DNA from: Lytechinus pictus
Taxonomy: Eukaryota
Direction: 5' to 3'
Assembly: GCF_037042905.1 (NCBI RefSeq)
Contig: NC_087258.1
Span: forward strand, 13,516,001 to 13,580,000
DNA: 64,000 nucleotides
Below the pieces are notes generated by a model. It did no database searches. It was not told the DNA's origin and was given only the letters and a program-made list of their open reading frames with translations. A program made the translations under genes and the position numbers. Positions 36,704 through 50,394 of this stretch are shown in pieces (the first letter of the stretch is position 1; each line of letters starts with the position of its first letter).

Positions 36704-37219
36704 ATGCTTTGCTTCACGAGAAGAACATCCGAACCCCTTCCTCTCGTGCGACCAAAGTCACTGACCCCAATGCAGCAGATTTCCTTGATCGGCTGGTCTC
36801 TCTTTCGACCTGCCCTTGTCATCTTGTCTTGCTTCTGGATCGGGTACCTGACCGCCATCGTGGGGCCGATGCTCAATGCAAAACACACCGCAACCATCCA
36901 GCATCGCGTCAGCCGCTTCGCCGACTACCTCTCCCTGCCGACCAACGTGTTCGACAACGGCAACCCCATCCTCCGGAGGTCCATCTCGTCGCCACCCAGT
37001 GACGACCCTGGACGATTCCGCTACGTGCTGATTCCTCTCACAAGCGTCCACACCATGCCCTACCACAAGAAACGGTTCGAGGTCTGTATGCAAAGTCTCC
37101 TGGAGAAGTCATCGATTCCGTTGTATTTCTTCTTCGTGGTTGACGAACCAAGTAGGCTGTACCTGGAAGAAAAGATGAGGATATTCAGGAGGAACTTCAG
37201 GTCGATAGTAGAGATAGAG
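36704..37219 (+). CDS. XXYLT1: XXYLT1-like paralog (copy B), coding exon 1
   Basis: TM segment (ALVILSCFWIGYLTAIVG), then RYVLIPLT...KKRFEVCMQSLLEKS...FFFVVDEPSRLYLE, homologous to copy A. GAG|GTAAGT donor at the same position and phase as in copy A. Confidence 0.85.
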
Positions 37220-37318
37220 GTAAGTCGCCATCCTTTTAACCACAAATTCGGTGACGATCGCAAATAGATCCCTAATCAACTCAAATCTCACCTTAAAATC
37301 TTTTCCATCACTGTTTAA

Positions 37319-37526
37319 GGTTCCATGACATTTGCTCCGGCTACAATTGCTCCGATCGATATTTCAATCCAAACATATAATCTAACATCCATAACTAAAT
37401 AAACCCTAATCCCATTCTTTACATTATTCTGAATCAAAAACGCTATTATAATCCTAACTCTAGCCCTATGTCTTCTGAGATATCAAAACTGGAGCAAATG
37501 TCGCAGGAGCAAATGTCGTGTCACCC
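37319..37526. mobile_element. MITE with GACATTTGCTCC TIRs and CCCTAA-like internal repeats
   Basis: GACATTTGCTCC / GGAGCAAATGTC inverted ends. Confidence 0.6.
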
Positions 37527-40116
37527 AATAGGAATTATAGCAACATCGCCATGATTCTGATATTTACTATGATTTCCTCAAATTTGGCCCGTCATGGGGG
37601 TATAATATGCGAGGGTATTTTGATTTTATCAATAAGTTTGTTGAGTACCAGATGAAAATAAACATGATGGTAATAAATCAGTTCATGATTATGGATAAAA
37701 GAATAATTCAACAATGAAGCAATGGAGAGTGAGATAGAGAGGGGATCAACGCTGTTTAAAATATCATCACTGATATGATATACAGATCAGTGATTTTTTA
37801 CAATGCTGTTTTCTATAATTTATGAATTGACAAAAGTCTAAACATTGTTCAAGATTTTAAACACTTGTTTAAACTGTTTGTTTGTTTTTAGTTTTATTTA
37901 TACAGGGTAGCATTGTCAATTTCAGAACTGCTTTCCACAACGGCCTTGTCCGCATAATATACAATTTGTTAAAATTAATATAAATGATTAATATAAATGA
38001 ATCAGTAATATTTACATAATCAATAGCACAATCACATATTCACGTACAAATCTATATAAATATGGAACCAAAAGAGTAAAAAAAAAACTAACAAACAAAA
38101 AATATCCATTAAAATCTAAACATAAATAAATCTATTTCAAAATAAACAAAACCATCAAAAACAAACCCCCAAAACGATTTAGAAAAAGTATTAGAAAAAA
38201 ATCAATTGAAGTTCTTTCTAATCCAATGATTAAAATTGATATCAAACTATCACACGTTTTTGTTAAACCAGGCTTAAAAATTACTCTGTTCTTTCATATA
38301 TTTTGATTGTTTCATATGTTTTGATTGTTTCATATATTTTTGTTGTTTCATACATTTTGATTGCTTCAGAAACTGCAAAAAAATATTTCAAAGTTCATTT
38401 AGTAAAAAGCGTTTTATAAGGTTTTAAACAGCGTTTAACTGTGAGAGGGAGCAAGATTTTTATTTTAAACTTCAGTATTGTTCACGTCATGATGAGACGT
38501 TTGGGGGGGGGGGCTGATCTGAAATAAGGAATACCATATAACAAGTCACCAAATTTATTTTACGTGAGTTAGAAGCCAAATGTGCCAAGTGTAAGTTAAG
38601 ACGATTTATTTAAACGGGCGTTTATTTCAATTTGATGTTGTCGATTGTTATGTAATCCTCCACCCTTCTTTTTTAACCTTTTCAACCGGTGATAAAGATG
38701 ATAATATTGCGGGTATTCTTGACTTGAGTCTTTTTTCAAAAAAGAGATTAAGTTATACGACGTTTTCATCTTAAACCTTGCTTGAAACAAACATGAAATG
38801 AATATCTGTGTAAATTGAAAAATAATTAATATAAATAAATAAATATAATATTAAAGATAAAATGATTATGTGGTGTAATTTTTCATGTAAATATACATGA
38901 AAGTAAGATTTGGTAATAAATTCAATTCAAAATCTAAATTCAAATCAATTTCAAAATTAAAATTTCAATGCTTGCGATCCTTATAGACCCCCCCCCCCTC
39001 CCCTTTCGTGATAAGCAGATAAGAGCGAATTGTTTCAGATTCGATCCGATAGATGAGAGAATGTCCGATTGATGATTGTGCTTAACAATTAGGCGACTTC
39101 ATAACTTCTTCATCTTTAATCTTATTTGAAACAGACAAAATGTTTAATATTTGTAAATATTATATCCGATGATAAGCTCGGTCGCTTCGCTCTCTCGCAT
39201 TCGAATGTCCTGTTGTTGTTGTTGTTGTTGTTGGTGGTGGTGAAAATTGTTGTGAGTAATCGCCCCCATGAAAAACACGGCCATTAGGTCATTACAAAGC
39301 CCCTACGGGTTTCAGGCTTTTTTTATATAGTTATTTTCGAGTTATAAGACATTGGAACGTGTTCATATAGCGCGTGTGAACGAATTAAAGTCGGTGAATG
39401 AGTTGTTAGTCGTGGGAAGAAGTTTGGAAAATAATAATAAAGAAAACACGTCATGTCACCTCAGGGGCTCCGCATACGTTACAAATAACAAAATAAAGAA
39501 ATCACTGTCGATTCCCTTGGTATTACAGGCAATAATGTTACAGCAGTAGTCATTGTATCGGTTAAAGTTCTTTGGTTAAAACCTATCGAAGGGAGTACTA
39601 AATATGCATTCAACCGAATAACTGATCAATACTATGTCAACACTCATCGAATCACGGTTCAGTATACAACAATAATGATTTTATACTTTACATGTATGTC
39701 ATGACATTGTAAACCAGCCAGGGGTGGCCGGGTTCCACGGGATGGGCAGGGGTGCGAACCGTTCCCCCATGATTTTCAATTAGTGAAAAGGGGGAAATGT
39801 GTAGAAATAGAAAAAAAGATGGAGAAAAGGGAAGAGAGTGGACGAAGAGTATTCAAAAGGAAAGATCTAGAATAACATACATTCAATTAGTAAAAATTAG
39901 GTCGTCTTGGCCCATCCCCTTCAAAATATCATTTCGCCGCCCCTCATAATATATGATTCTCTGCTTGGGTGGTTTCGTGTAATATCCTTCAGGGAGAAAT
40001 TTTTTTTTTCTCAAACCCTTCATAATTTTAATACAGAGAGGATGCGAAATAAGTCAATGTTTCATGTCAACTGTCCTTTGCTGGAATGACCCTCAGAGAG
40101 TCATATGAGCGGACAT

Positions 40117-40340
40117 TGGGTGATTTCAAGTCCGGTGTTGGCATTGGTGTTGGAATTTGGATTGCTTACCCTAGCTCCAAAATCTATTCTGAGATTGTAA
40201 AACTGATACAGATCACATCATTGGCATCTCAAAAACTAGTGAGTGACTTTTCAGGACCATCTTTATTTATGTTTGGTGTTATATACTCGTGTAAAAATTG
40301 ACCTAACACCAATATGTCAACACTGAACTTGATATCACCC
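40117..40340. mobile_element. MITE
   Basis: GGGTGATTTCAAGTCCGGTGTTG...CAACACTGAACTTGATATCACCC imperfect TIRs. Confidence 0.55.
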
Positions 40341-41218
40341 CCATTGAGCTTGAACCCAAGCCTGTGCCACAATAATGGGGGGGGGGGGGTGTGCTGACAA
40401 ATCCAAATGTTTCGAATTTGACATGTTTAACTGGAGAGAGTTGTCTTTTCTGCCTATGAAGCCAAGTAATCTGACGATTAATGCAAGTAATGCATTCACC
40501 TTTGATTTTAAGTTAGACACAATCACTGTTAATTTAATAATAAACGTTGAAATACGTAACAGTAGGACATGCTCGTCAGTTACACCCTCCCCCAACACAC
40601 ACGCAAAAGATAACAATTAAATTCATTCAATTTGGGATGTAGTTATACACGGATTCACAGTGACGGCAGTTGATCTGATATTCTAAAACCCATAGCCATA
40701 AGTTTAGTTAACTAAGACCACACTATGGAATGCCAATTCAATTATTCTGACCCTGATGCAAAAAGTTGTTAAAAAACATTAATTGAGATGCGAAATACAT
40801 GAGAAAAATATGAAAATACCAAAAAATATGAATTTCAATGAATAAATTGATGCATTATTATTGCAACGAATATGGAAAAAAATATTATGAAGCACAGCAT
40901 TCCATAGACGTGTGGTTCAAAATTCTAGTTTGGGGTTTACACTATGGCTAAACGTAGGTTTAACTATCAGAACAATTTGATCTGCTATCAATGTAGTCGA
41001 ATAATATTTTGCGTTTAATTTTTTGCGCAGAGTGATTGAAAAAGGGACAAATTGAAAGCTAAATGTCCTGTCCTTCGGTTGAACTAATGAGTGTGTCATT
41101 TTTATGTAACCAAGTATTAATTTAACGATTCAAGGAAAGGAAATATTGTCGAGCATTATGGTATAGATAAAGTTTGATGATGTTTATGGATATCATTTCC
41201 TACTGACAAAGTGACCAT

Positions 41219-41382
41219 GGGCCAGTAACACAAATGTTAGCAATCAATCGCTAATATGAAAGAACAATTCTGATTGGTTCCTACTCAGTCTATTGAGCAA
41301 AATGCGCATGCAGCGATGATCCTGATAGGCCAGTTAATTCAGTGAGTAATCGCTAACCTTTTAGCTTCGTGTCACGGGGCCC
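41219..41382. mobile_element. Short Harbinger-like MITE
   Basis: GGGCCAGTAACAC.../...GTGTCACGGGGCCC imperfect TIRs. Confidence 0.5.
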
Positions 41383-42824
41383 AGTGGCACGTTGCATAAC
41401 CTAACTATAAAAAAAAATCGAGCGCAACTTGATTTTGCAACCACTATACGCAGACGTTTTCCGGAACGAAGAGAATCAATTGTAAATAAACATCTCTTCA
41501 TGATAAAGCAGTCTTGGTCGAAAATAGGTGAACCAAAAACAGCAGTGTCGTCTTGGACTCTGCACAAACGCAAAATTTGCAGTTTTTGGTCAGCTCCAAA
41601 ACTTATATATGATGATCTGCTGTCCCTGTTCACTAATTTTCGACAAAGACCTCTCTGCTGTTCATTGTGATTTGTTGTAGAGTCTGTCCATGCAGCAAAA
41701 AACTTTAATTGTTTGAATCAAGTAGGATGCGTATATAATTGCATATTTTCCACATGATGTTTCCATGTCGGGCAAGAATCGGGGCACCATTTATAGGCCT
41801 ATTGCTAAATTCGAAATGTATAGCTCGACAATCTATCAGAAAGCCTAGACTAATCGATTCCTCACGATCGCACCTTCACCAATCAAAATTGATTACGTTT
41901 GGAATGGATTAACATTATGTAATACTCTTAAACTTTCACGACTTTTACGACGCATCCTCAAGCATGCCAAGTACCAGTCTTTTCAATTAAGTATCAATCG
42001 GCTTATTATTGCTGGTTACGACGATGAAACAGAAGGTATAAAAACGCCTTGTAAATGCGCCGCTGATTACGTAACAATGACACAGGAAATTATGATTTCA
42101 GCGAAGGATAAAAGAATACCCACATATTTTGCTCCTTATTTTGCTCCTTAGGTTTATGTTTTGATTAAAGATACTCTTTATTTCCAAGCTTTGTATTATA
42201 AATTGTCTACAAAAACTTTTTGTGCTATCATATGTGAATTACTTTATCAATGAAATTCATTTGTATTATACTTAATGTTCTGTTGGAACTAAAATCGAAT
42301 TTGAATGTGAATTTGAAGAGAGATGTAAGAGTTGAAAAAGTCTACTTTATGTGCGCAATGAATCCCACCTAAAGTCGTGCCGCTTAAAGATTTTTTTTAA
42401 CCCAGATTCTAAATGTTATTGCTTATATGGAAAGAGAGAAAATATTTTAAGAGGTTTTTTTTCATTCATTTGGGTATTGCTAAAGTCATGCCCCCGGTGT
42501 TTCCTGATTATCTGTTTTGTCTGACTGAAAATCAGTCAGAAATGAAATGTCGGCAATCAATGAAATCACCCTTTCGCAATTAACCAAGGTTAATTTATTA
42601 GGTCTGCATGCTATTGTCATAATTGTGATAAGGAATAATGCTACTGAAGCCAGCTCATTTTGTCTATTTATTTACTTGTACAGGAAATTTATGAATGGAA
42701 ATATAGACATGAAACGTACAAATCCACGATCCATCATTTTAAAGGGTTAATTCACAACGCAAAGTTAAGCTGGACGAAAACAAAATTCTGAATTCATTCC
42801 AACAATTTGACTGATAATAGCACT

Positions 42825-43083
42825 CTAATATGAAAATGAAAATTTTATTGTTCGAAATAGACATGATATGAAATTACTTTGCCCAATTGATCGTGGGCCC
42901 GGCAGCCGCTGTGCAGCGCCAGATCGACGAGGCTCTATCCCTTTAATCGTTGAATGCCAAACAGGGTAGCAGCAACTCCCATCTTTTAACGTCTTTTGGT
43001 CTGACGCGGCCGGGGTTTGAACCCCCGACCTCCCGGTTGTCACGGTGAGACGGACGCTCTACCAACTGAGCCAACACACCGGT
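42825..43083 (-). mobile_element. tRNA-derived SINE, family 2
   Basis: Minus strand GGCTCAGTTGGTAGAGCG...GGGGTTCAAACCCC, then GGCCGCGTCAGACCAAAAGACGTTAAAAGATGGGAG, shared with 50689 and 63320. Confidence 0.78.
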
Positions 43084-43699
43084 TGTGTATTATGGCGGCA
43101 TAAAAAAGTTAGTGGTAGCCTACCACTAACACAATTACAATTATATACCGCCATGATATAAGCGTTCGATTGCATAATATAGTGTTACTAAACGCCACAG
43201 TAAATGAAGTTCTGATTAAAAAAAATATTTAATCACCCTTTCTGAATGGTAGGAAGGATGAACAACTGAAGATGCACAAACTATAACATAGCGATGAGAA
43301 CAACAAAATTAAAGTAATTTGAATAAAGCAATTACATGATAGCTCTAGTACCCATAGGTTTACTGCCATTATGATGGACATGGGTTCAAACTGTAGGTAG
43401 GGTATAGCAGAGCTCAGAGACCCCAAAAAGAACCAAGAGTAAGACTTTACCTCCTTGCTAACACTATTTCTTTACAAGACTTACTAGATAAAAGGGACAA
43501 TAAGTTAAAGTTTAAGATTCTGACACTCTGGTCAGAATCTTTACCGAAATGAATAGTATACTTAAAAGCGAGGTGGCATTGCAGACAGATATGAAGAGAG
43601 GTAATTAATCCTTTGTAGGGGTGACTGAGAAAGAGAGCGAGGGGGGAGTTTGACAGTCAACGTTGATTAGAACAAGCAGGTAAAATTAAATGATATTCT

Positions 43700-43970
43700 G
43701 GGCCCTGTCTTACAAAGAGTTACGATTGATCCGATCAATCGTAACTCTATGGAAATCCAACGATGTCACAATTTTTTCTCCCAGAGATTTGTTTGATGTC
43801 CTTTGAAAACAAAAAGAAGCATACTAAATTGTCAAGAAAACAGATAATGTATGAATATACATCATTTCTAGTAATTATTTTGAACAAACGTGTATTTTAG
43901 ATGTTGACGATGGTGGCTTTCCATAGTTGCGATAGATCAGATCAATCACAACTCTTTGTAAGACGGGCCC
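43700..43970. mobile_element. PIF/Harbinger-like MITE, family 1
   Basis: GGGCCCTGTCTTACAAAGAGTT...AACTCTTTGTAAGACGGGCCC with CTG/CAG flanks. Confidence 0.78.
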
Positions 43971-44949
43971 CAGATATTACAAAGAGAGTGATTTAATGTG
44001 GGATTACTAGACAATGTCAAAGATAATCAGTAGTACAATGGCTACTCAAGCAGCTTCTTAAAATCTCACTTAAAAGAAAGCCAAGCTTAATGAAACCATG
44101 TCAATTGAAAAGGAAATCTAATCAAACTAAAGCTTAATGTGTATTCTTGGTTTTACAGTATCTTGAATGTTTAAAATTTTTGTAACGATCACAATGAGTA
44201 TATCCATGCACCATGTGGATAATTATGACTTTGAGTGTTATTTCGGCACACTGATTACTAACTACTATTAGACGTTTTATTTTGTGGCTATTCATGCACT
44301 CTAAAAACTGAAAGGTTGGAGGTTTGACAGCAATTTCCATATGTTATATTCAACCTTGCAGAAAGCTGAATCCAACAATTTGAATGTTGGGATAAATCAT
44401 TTAAAATGGTCATGCAACATTTAGAAAAGGTTGTCACTCCTTCAACTTTCCAATTGTTGATTTAACACTTTACTTTTTAGAGTGTGTTATTTTCTTTAAA
44501 TGTTGTTAAGATCACGGTGTTTGACAAAAAGTTCCCTGTAAACAATAAAATAGAGTGAGGAGGACTGGAGGGGGGTGCTTTTTGTCGTCTTCTTTTTCTC
44601 CTCCTTCTCCTCCTCTTCCTTCTCTTCCTTCTTCTTCTTCTTCTCCTCCGTCTTCTTTTTTTTAATTATTTCAATTGTATAACATGTTCTTTACGGCTCC
44701 GATGGAAATAAGTGTTTGAACTGTTAGGCATTTCAACCATGTCTAAATAAAATGTCTTATAGGCCTCCTGTTATATCTGCCTTAAAATATAAGGAACACA
44801 TTCTTCGTGCCTTCATGGGGTAAAAAAACCTATTTTGCAGGAATGCATCAAAATTATGGTTTCTATCTTCATGTCGAAAGCTTTAAAGGGTACAAGAGAA
44901 AGCAAATATCAATTGTCTCGGATTCCTTCAAGGGCGTCGAAGTGTACAT

Positions 44950-45900
44950 TGGCATGCATCTGTATTATCTACCCTTAGGCCTGCAATTTTAAGCATTCAT
45001 TGAAATTCAGATCAAGAATAGATGAAACCCAAACGGTACAATAACATTTTTTTTCTTTAAATTCTTATTCTTTTTATACAAGGGTTGGCTTTTTCTTAAG
45101 AGCTCTTGGACATCGGACAAAATGGCTAATGACATCTTTTGAAGAGTAGATAAGATTGATTTTGTCTCGATATACCTGGCGAGAAAACCGTATAGAGGCC
45201 GATTGATTGTTAGGGCAGTATTACAAGTACTAATCTGCATGCTTTTTGGCATCTTTAATGAATAGGACCTGTTTCTTCTGGGTAAATATTTTCGATGTGT
45301 AGTCTCATTGAAGTGGGATTTCTGTATGCAGCTTCTGTTTGGGGAGCAAGCCCGGAAATACTAGAAAAGGATTAGAACTCCCACACACTCATGCTGTTAT
45401 TTTATTTGTCAGACACAATTCATGTCTCTTAATTTACATTATTACCAGGTCCCCCCTTGTCCTTGCCTCCCTGGCATGTACACGACATGGAAACATGGGT
45501 TCATTCTTAATCATTTTTCGATTTTTTTTTCTTCACCGGATTGGATGGTGAACTCTGTAGATTTTTTAACTGACCTCGTTGGTCTACGATATAGATTTGT
45601 GATGATTCTAGTCCAGGAACGTAGACATATGAAATCCAGGTTACCATTAAATCTCTTTTGAATTTCAAAGAATTCTGTTTCCTTCTCCATACCACTGATT
45701 ACTTTTTTCCGAATTATTCATAGGCCTATAATCCGGTCTAATTTTTAGTTAGGACAATCCTCTTTTGTGATTGAAGGCTTCGCAAATGTGGGTTCAATTG
45801 TAAATGTATTAGTTGCTTACCTTCACTCGGCTCAGCAAATAATTTGTCTAATCTTCCTTTTTGATAAATCATGTTCTTTAGTTTCTTTATCAAATCAAAT
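44950..45900 (-). mobile_element. Highly decayed L1/Tx1-like reverse transcriptase remnant in the XXYLT1-B intron
   Basis: Scattered minus-strand motifs in the expected order: RQG.G (~45445-45470), SISGL.PN (~45340-45370), DKIN (~45155-45170). Many frameshifts. Confidence 0.35.
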
Positions 45901-47012
45901 AATTCTTAAAAGACAACAACAAAAATTCATGTGTTTATTTCATTATTATTTTTCAATCATTATTGTTGGCTTAACCTTCCTTGATAAATTAGACCATGCT
46001 TTGATGATTTCGATATTATAAAATTTATTAAAGAAGAGTATCTCGACATCAACCAAAACAAAATGTCATAAACAAGTTGGTTCATGAATTCGAATGAGGA
46101 TCTTTTTTTTTCTATGTGCCATGTCGGAATCATGATATATAAGTAAAAAAATGTATGTACCTCGTAATAAATTGTATCCTCAATTAAATAGGAGGGGTAA
46201 AGTAGACATACACGACCATGCAAGGCACCTTTTTTCACACATTTCCTTATCCATTCCCTTCTCCTTTTTTCTCCAATTCCATCTCTCTCTCCCCACCCCC
46301 ATCCCCCTCTCTCTTTGCATTTTCTTCAAATTAAAATGTCATTGGGGACGGTCCCAACCTTGCCCGCCCTCCTATATATCGACGCCCTTGATAAGGATTA
46401 TAGGTCAACTACGTAACATTTCAAATCCAGATCGAAATAATTCATATTTATATAAATATTTGTTAGATTAATGAGTTGATACTCTGAATCAAAATTCACA
46501 ATATAATTCAGATATTAGCCACTGATCCCACGACAATGATCATGATATGCAGATATGGCAGTGCCCTTTTTCAAGAATGCGAACCGGAATTTTTTTTTGA
46601 GGCTTTGTCTTCTTTCAAACTTGCAGTTTACATAGCGTCGGGTCGTGGAGTCGTGTAGCCACGGAAATCAGAACTCTCGTGAAAATATCACATTATTTCA
46701 GAAAGATAATTTCAACCATTTGGAAAGTATACCCAGTAAAAATATGAATAGTGGGGGAAACATTAAGCCCGTACTTTGTAAAATTCGTCTTGCAAATAAG
46801 GGTGCGAAATGCAGGACTTAACATTTCGTGAATAAAGGGCTGTTTTAATATGATCGCGGCTTGGTTATCCTTTTCTCGAGGAATTGACAGAATTTGATGA
46901 AAATCTACTAACAGCACGTGAATTATTTCAAAGTTTCTTCATACTGTTTTCAAAATTGCGATGATCATGATATTAATATTTCTTTTCATTTTCCCTTTTT
47001 TATTCAATGCAG

Positions 47013-47687
47013 TATACGTTTTTGGACCAGGAGACGGTTGCAAGGAAGCTTGCCCCATCTGTGTCGGTTGTCCAACAAATCGTCAGTGGCAACACCCAGG
47101 GCTACTATAACCAATCCATTTTCTTCCTGTCAGTGGCTATTCATCGAGGTATCCTCCCCGATTTCGTCCACCAAATCATCATGATCGACACCGATCTCAA
47201 GTTCCTCTCCGACATCAGCGGACTTTTCGCTCATTTCGACAAGTTCGGAGATAGTAACGTCATGGGCATCGCGCATGATCAACAGCCGACATATCGCGAT
47301 GCGTTCAGCGCGTATCGTGCGCGTTATCCCAACACGCGCGTCGGTTCGCCGGCCCCTAATGGACTACCAGGTTTCAACAGCGGTGTTGTGCTTCTAGATC
47401 TTGATCGAATGAGGAGCAGCCAACTCTATAATCACTATCTCAATCCCTTGGTTGCGGAGTTTATCTCCAATAAATATTTATTCAAGGGAAACTTAGGCGA
47501 TCAAGACTTTTATTCCCTGATCGGGAATGAAAGAGAAAACTTATTTTACGTTTTGCCTTGTTCGTGGAATCGACACCTTTGTCGAAAACTTTACGACCAA
47601 TACGCTCCCGTGTTTGATTCTTATTTTAGATGCGATGGTAAGATCCATATCTATCATGCCAGCTGCAATTCTACGTTGCCCGTTTGA
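47013..47687 (+). CDS. XXYLT1: XXYLT1-like paralog (copy B), coding exon 2
   Basis: Polypyrimidine tract plus TGCAG acceptor. Motifs IDTDLKF, DQQPTYR, GFNSGV, GNLGDQDF, LPCSWNRHLC, IYHASCN. 675 nt, the same length as copy A exon 2. Confidence 0.9.
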   Translation, partial: YTFLDQETVARKLAPSVSVVQQIVSGNTQGYYNQSIFFLSVAIHRGILPDFVHQIIMIDTDLKFLSDISGLFAHFDKFGDSNVMGIAHDQQPTYRDAFSAYRARYPNTRVGSPAPNGLPGFNSGVVLLDLDRMRSSQLYNHYLNPLVAEFISNKYLFKGNLGDQDFYSLIGNERENLFYVLPCSWNRHLCRKLYDQYAPVFDSYFRCDGKIHIYHASCNSTLPV

Positions 47688-48164
47688 ACAACCAAACAGC
47701 TCTTTTTGAAAGTCGATAAGATTAAAAGCTATCGACGCTTTTAAAAATAAACCTTCACCAGTCCTGTCAATGGAAAGCGCGTGAGGCTTTTTTTAAATAA
47801 AATTATGCCCTTTCATCTTACAGTGTGCTTCCCGCTCACCTTACTGAATTCGCTAGAAACTTTGTCGAATGGAAGAAAGTTGGGAGTTTCTTTGAAAGTA
47901 GGGTTAGATTTGTCTTTGAATTAAGCACAGATGAACTTGTGGTCAGGTATAAATGGGCCCAGTGGCTACCATGCCCCGTCCAATGCGAAGGTTTAGGGTT
48001 CGAACCTCTGCCCATCTGCCCATTTTAGGACGCATGCATTGCAAGTTGAACATTTGCCTTCCTCCATCCAAGAGTAAACGGGTGCGCGGTATTTCTCGAA
48101 GCTAATGCTCAGGGACACGAGAAGGACACCAATGCAGATTAAGATATAAACATATATGATGCCA

Positions 48165-48400
48165 TTTCCATGATGATGAGGATGATTACGACGGCGATGA
48201 CGATGATAATATTGACGATGTTAACGACGACGATGATGATTATGGTGGCGGCATCGGTGGTGGTTGTGCATGAGGGTGATGGTGATGGTTGTGGTGATTG
48301 ATGATGATGATGATGGTGATGATGATTGTGTATGGTAATAACGATGATATTCATCGTGATGTCGATGATGATGATGAAACACGATGACGAAGAAGAAAAA
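48165..48400. repeat. Degenerate (GAT/GGT)n tract
   Basis: Visible trinucleotide repeat. Confidence 0.85.
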
Positions 48401-49670
48401 TTGATGTCAAGAATGGGCACGTCCCTCTTAACCATGCTTACTATCACCACGGTTTCTTAATGTTATTTGAGTCTGCAATCAAATTAATCTTTAAATGACA
48501 TGGTAACAGTATAACAACTATGATTGTGTATGGAACTTTTTAATGGAAGGACAGCTCGGTGGTTAAATTGGTTTTAACAAAAGTAACCAAGAAATGAGGA
48601 AGATATTTTGATGCAGGTCTAAATAAGTCCATGATGTTCAAAATAAATAAAATCGTGCGTTTTAGTATTCTAATATTTTTTTAATAAAGTGTTAATAATT
48701 GACACATCACATGCAAGTGGCTCACCCATATATTTTTGTTAAGTGATATTTTCTGTGACATTAATGGCGGAGCTGCTCACATGTGACGTCACAATTCAAA
48801 TTTTGATAAAATCATAACCCCGTTCATCCTTTGACGGACTTTCACCAAACCTTCGTTTATATGAATTTACTTGAACCCATTTTCTCATTTTTAACCTACT
48901 AACCGAAAGAGTGAACGTTAAAAAAACGTTTAGTATTTCCTTGTTCATGTTATCATGCATTTATACACTCACTTCGACAACTAATTCGAAATGATGTTCA
49001 AAATGAAGTCAGTGGAGTACAATTCATGTGTAATTATTATTGTCATAATTTTGTACACGTATATGGGTATGAGTCATAGACCAATATTTTTTGTTTTAAT
49101 AATGTAAATATTGATATAGAATGACAATGCGATAAATTATGGTGCTTTATTTTCAGTGGGTAAATATAGAACAATAATTGTTTGTTCCCTAATTTGCAAA
49201 TTGGTCTGCAAGTATATGAATTGTTGTTTATAGTTAGTTACAATTTTATTTTGAAAATCAAGTTTTCATAATCCACATAGCATTATGAATATGTGCTATA
49301 TGAGATCCACGTAAATGTTTTTTTTTTATTCATTATTGCGATGAAATAAGTCCTGGAAAATCATTTCAATTAATTGCCAAAAATTGTATTATTTGTAATG
49401 CATTTATTACATTTATCAAGGGTAATAGTACACTTGTAATAAGTGGCTTTATTAAAACAAAACTTTCCTGAAGTTACTTATGTGTAATATTTTGGATGTA
49501 TTATTTATTTTTACATGAATAACTTGACTATGTGATCGGGTTTTCATTTAATAAAGTCTAAACACATAGCCTTGGTTCAGGTTGCTTTTTTGGGGGGATT
49601 GGGTGAATTGTTTCCGCCCCCCCCCACTTTTTTCCAAAACCGTTTACAAAAACGAAAAAATTACCATCTA

Positions 49671-49947
49671 GGGCCCGTCTCACCAAGAGTTGTGATTGAT
49701 CCGATCAATCACAACTATGGAAAGCCAGCAGCGTCAACATCTAAAATGCATGCTTGTTAAAAATATTTTCTAGATAGGCCTATGCTGTTTATTCATACAT
49801 TCATTGTTTTCTTGAAAAGTGAGGGTGCTTCATTTGGTTTACAAAGGACATTGCGCAAATTTTCTGCAGAAAAAAATATGACCCTGATGGATTTCCATAC
49901 ATTTGAGTTTAATCGGATCAATCGTAACTCTTCGTAAGACGGGACCC
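49671..49947. mobile_element. PIF/Harbinger-like MITE, family 1
   Basis: GGGCCCGTCTCACCAAGAGTT...AACTCTTCGTAAGACGGGACCC. Confidence 0.72.
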
Positions 49948-50007
49948 TCATTGTGACTTTTTTGCATGGTCATCACCCCCGCCCCCCCCTTAAAACCGGT
50001 CCGCGAC

Positions 50008-50394
50008 CACTAGCGTACCTACGGGGGGGCAGGCACTCTGCCCCCCCTGACGAGTCACAACCCATGCAAAAACGTATCTTTGCCCCCCCTGACGGGCTTG
50101 AAAAACCTTTTTTGCCCCCCTGACGAGCTTTAAGACCTCTAATGCCCCCCTGACGAGCTTGAAGACCTTTTTTTTTTTTTTTTGGTTGTCAATTTTTTCC
50201 TGGAACGAAATCCTTTATTTGTGATCGAAGACCTTTTTTTTTTTTTTTTTTTTGCTTGTCAAATTTTTTCTGGAACGAAATCCTTTATTTGTGATCGAAG
50301 ACCTTTTTTTTTTTTTTTTTTTTTTTTTTTGCTTGTCAAATTTTTGGGCGGACGGTTTTGCCCCCCCCTGTGGAAAATCCTAGGTACGCCACTG
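50008..50394. mobile_element. hAT-like MITE with perfect 8-bp TSD
   Basis: CACTAGCGTACCTA...TAGGTACGCCACTG flanked by TCCGCGAC on both sides (50000-50007, 50395-50402). Internal CCCCCTGACGAG and GAAGACC-polyT repeats. Confidence 0.85.

Noticed and set aside
42990-43083. tRNA-like sequences (also at 9479, 50689, 63520)
   Set aside because: A/B boxes run into shared SINE bodies and AT-rich tails, and the cloverleaves are incomplete. They are SINE heads, not tRNA genes.
43440-44130. Possible decayed non-LTR ORF2 tail interrupted by a MITE
   Set aside because: Only faint motif resemblance by eye; not supportable without a search.
50040-50340. Regularly spaced CCCCCTGACGAG / GAAGACC-polyT repeats resembling a CRISPR array or hammerhead cores
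   Set aside because: They are internal repeats of a hAT-like MITE in a eukaryote, with no unique spacers and no proper GAAA/stem arrangement.
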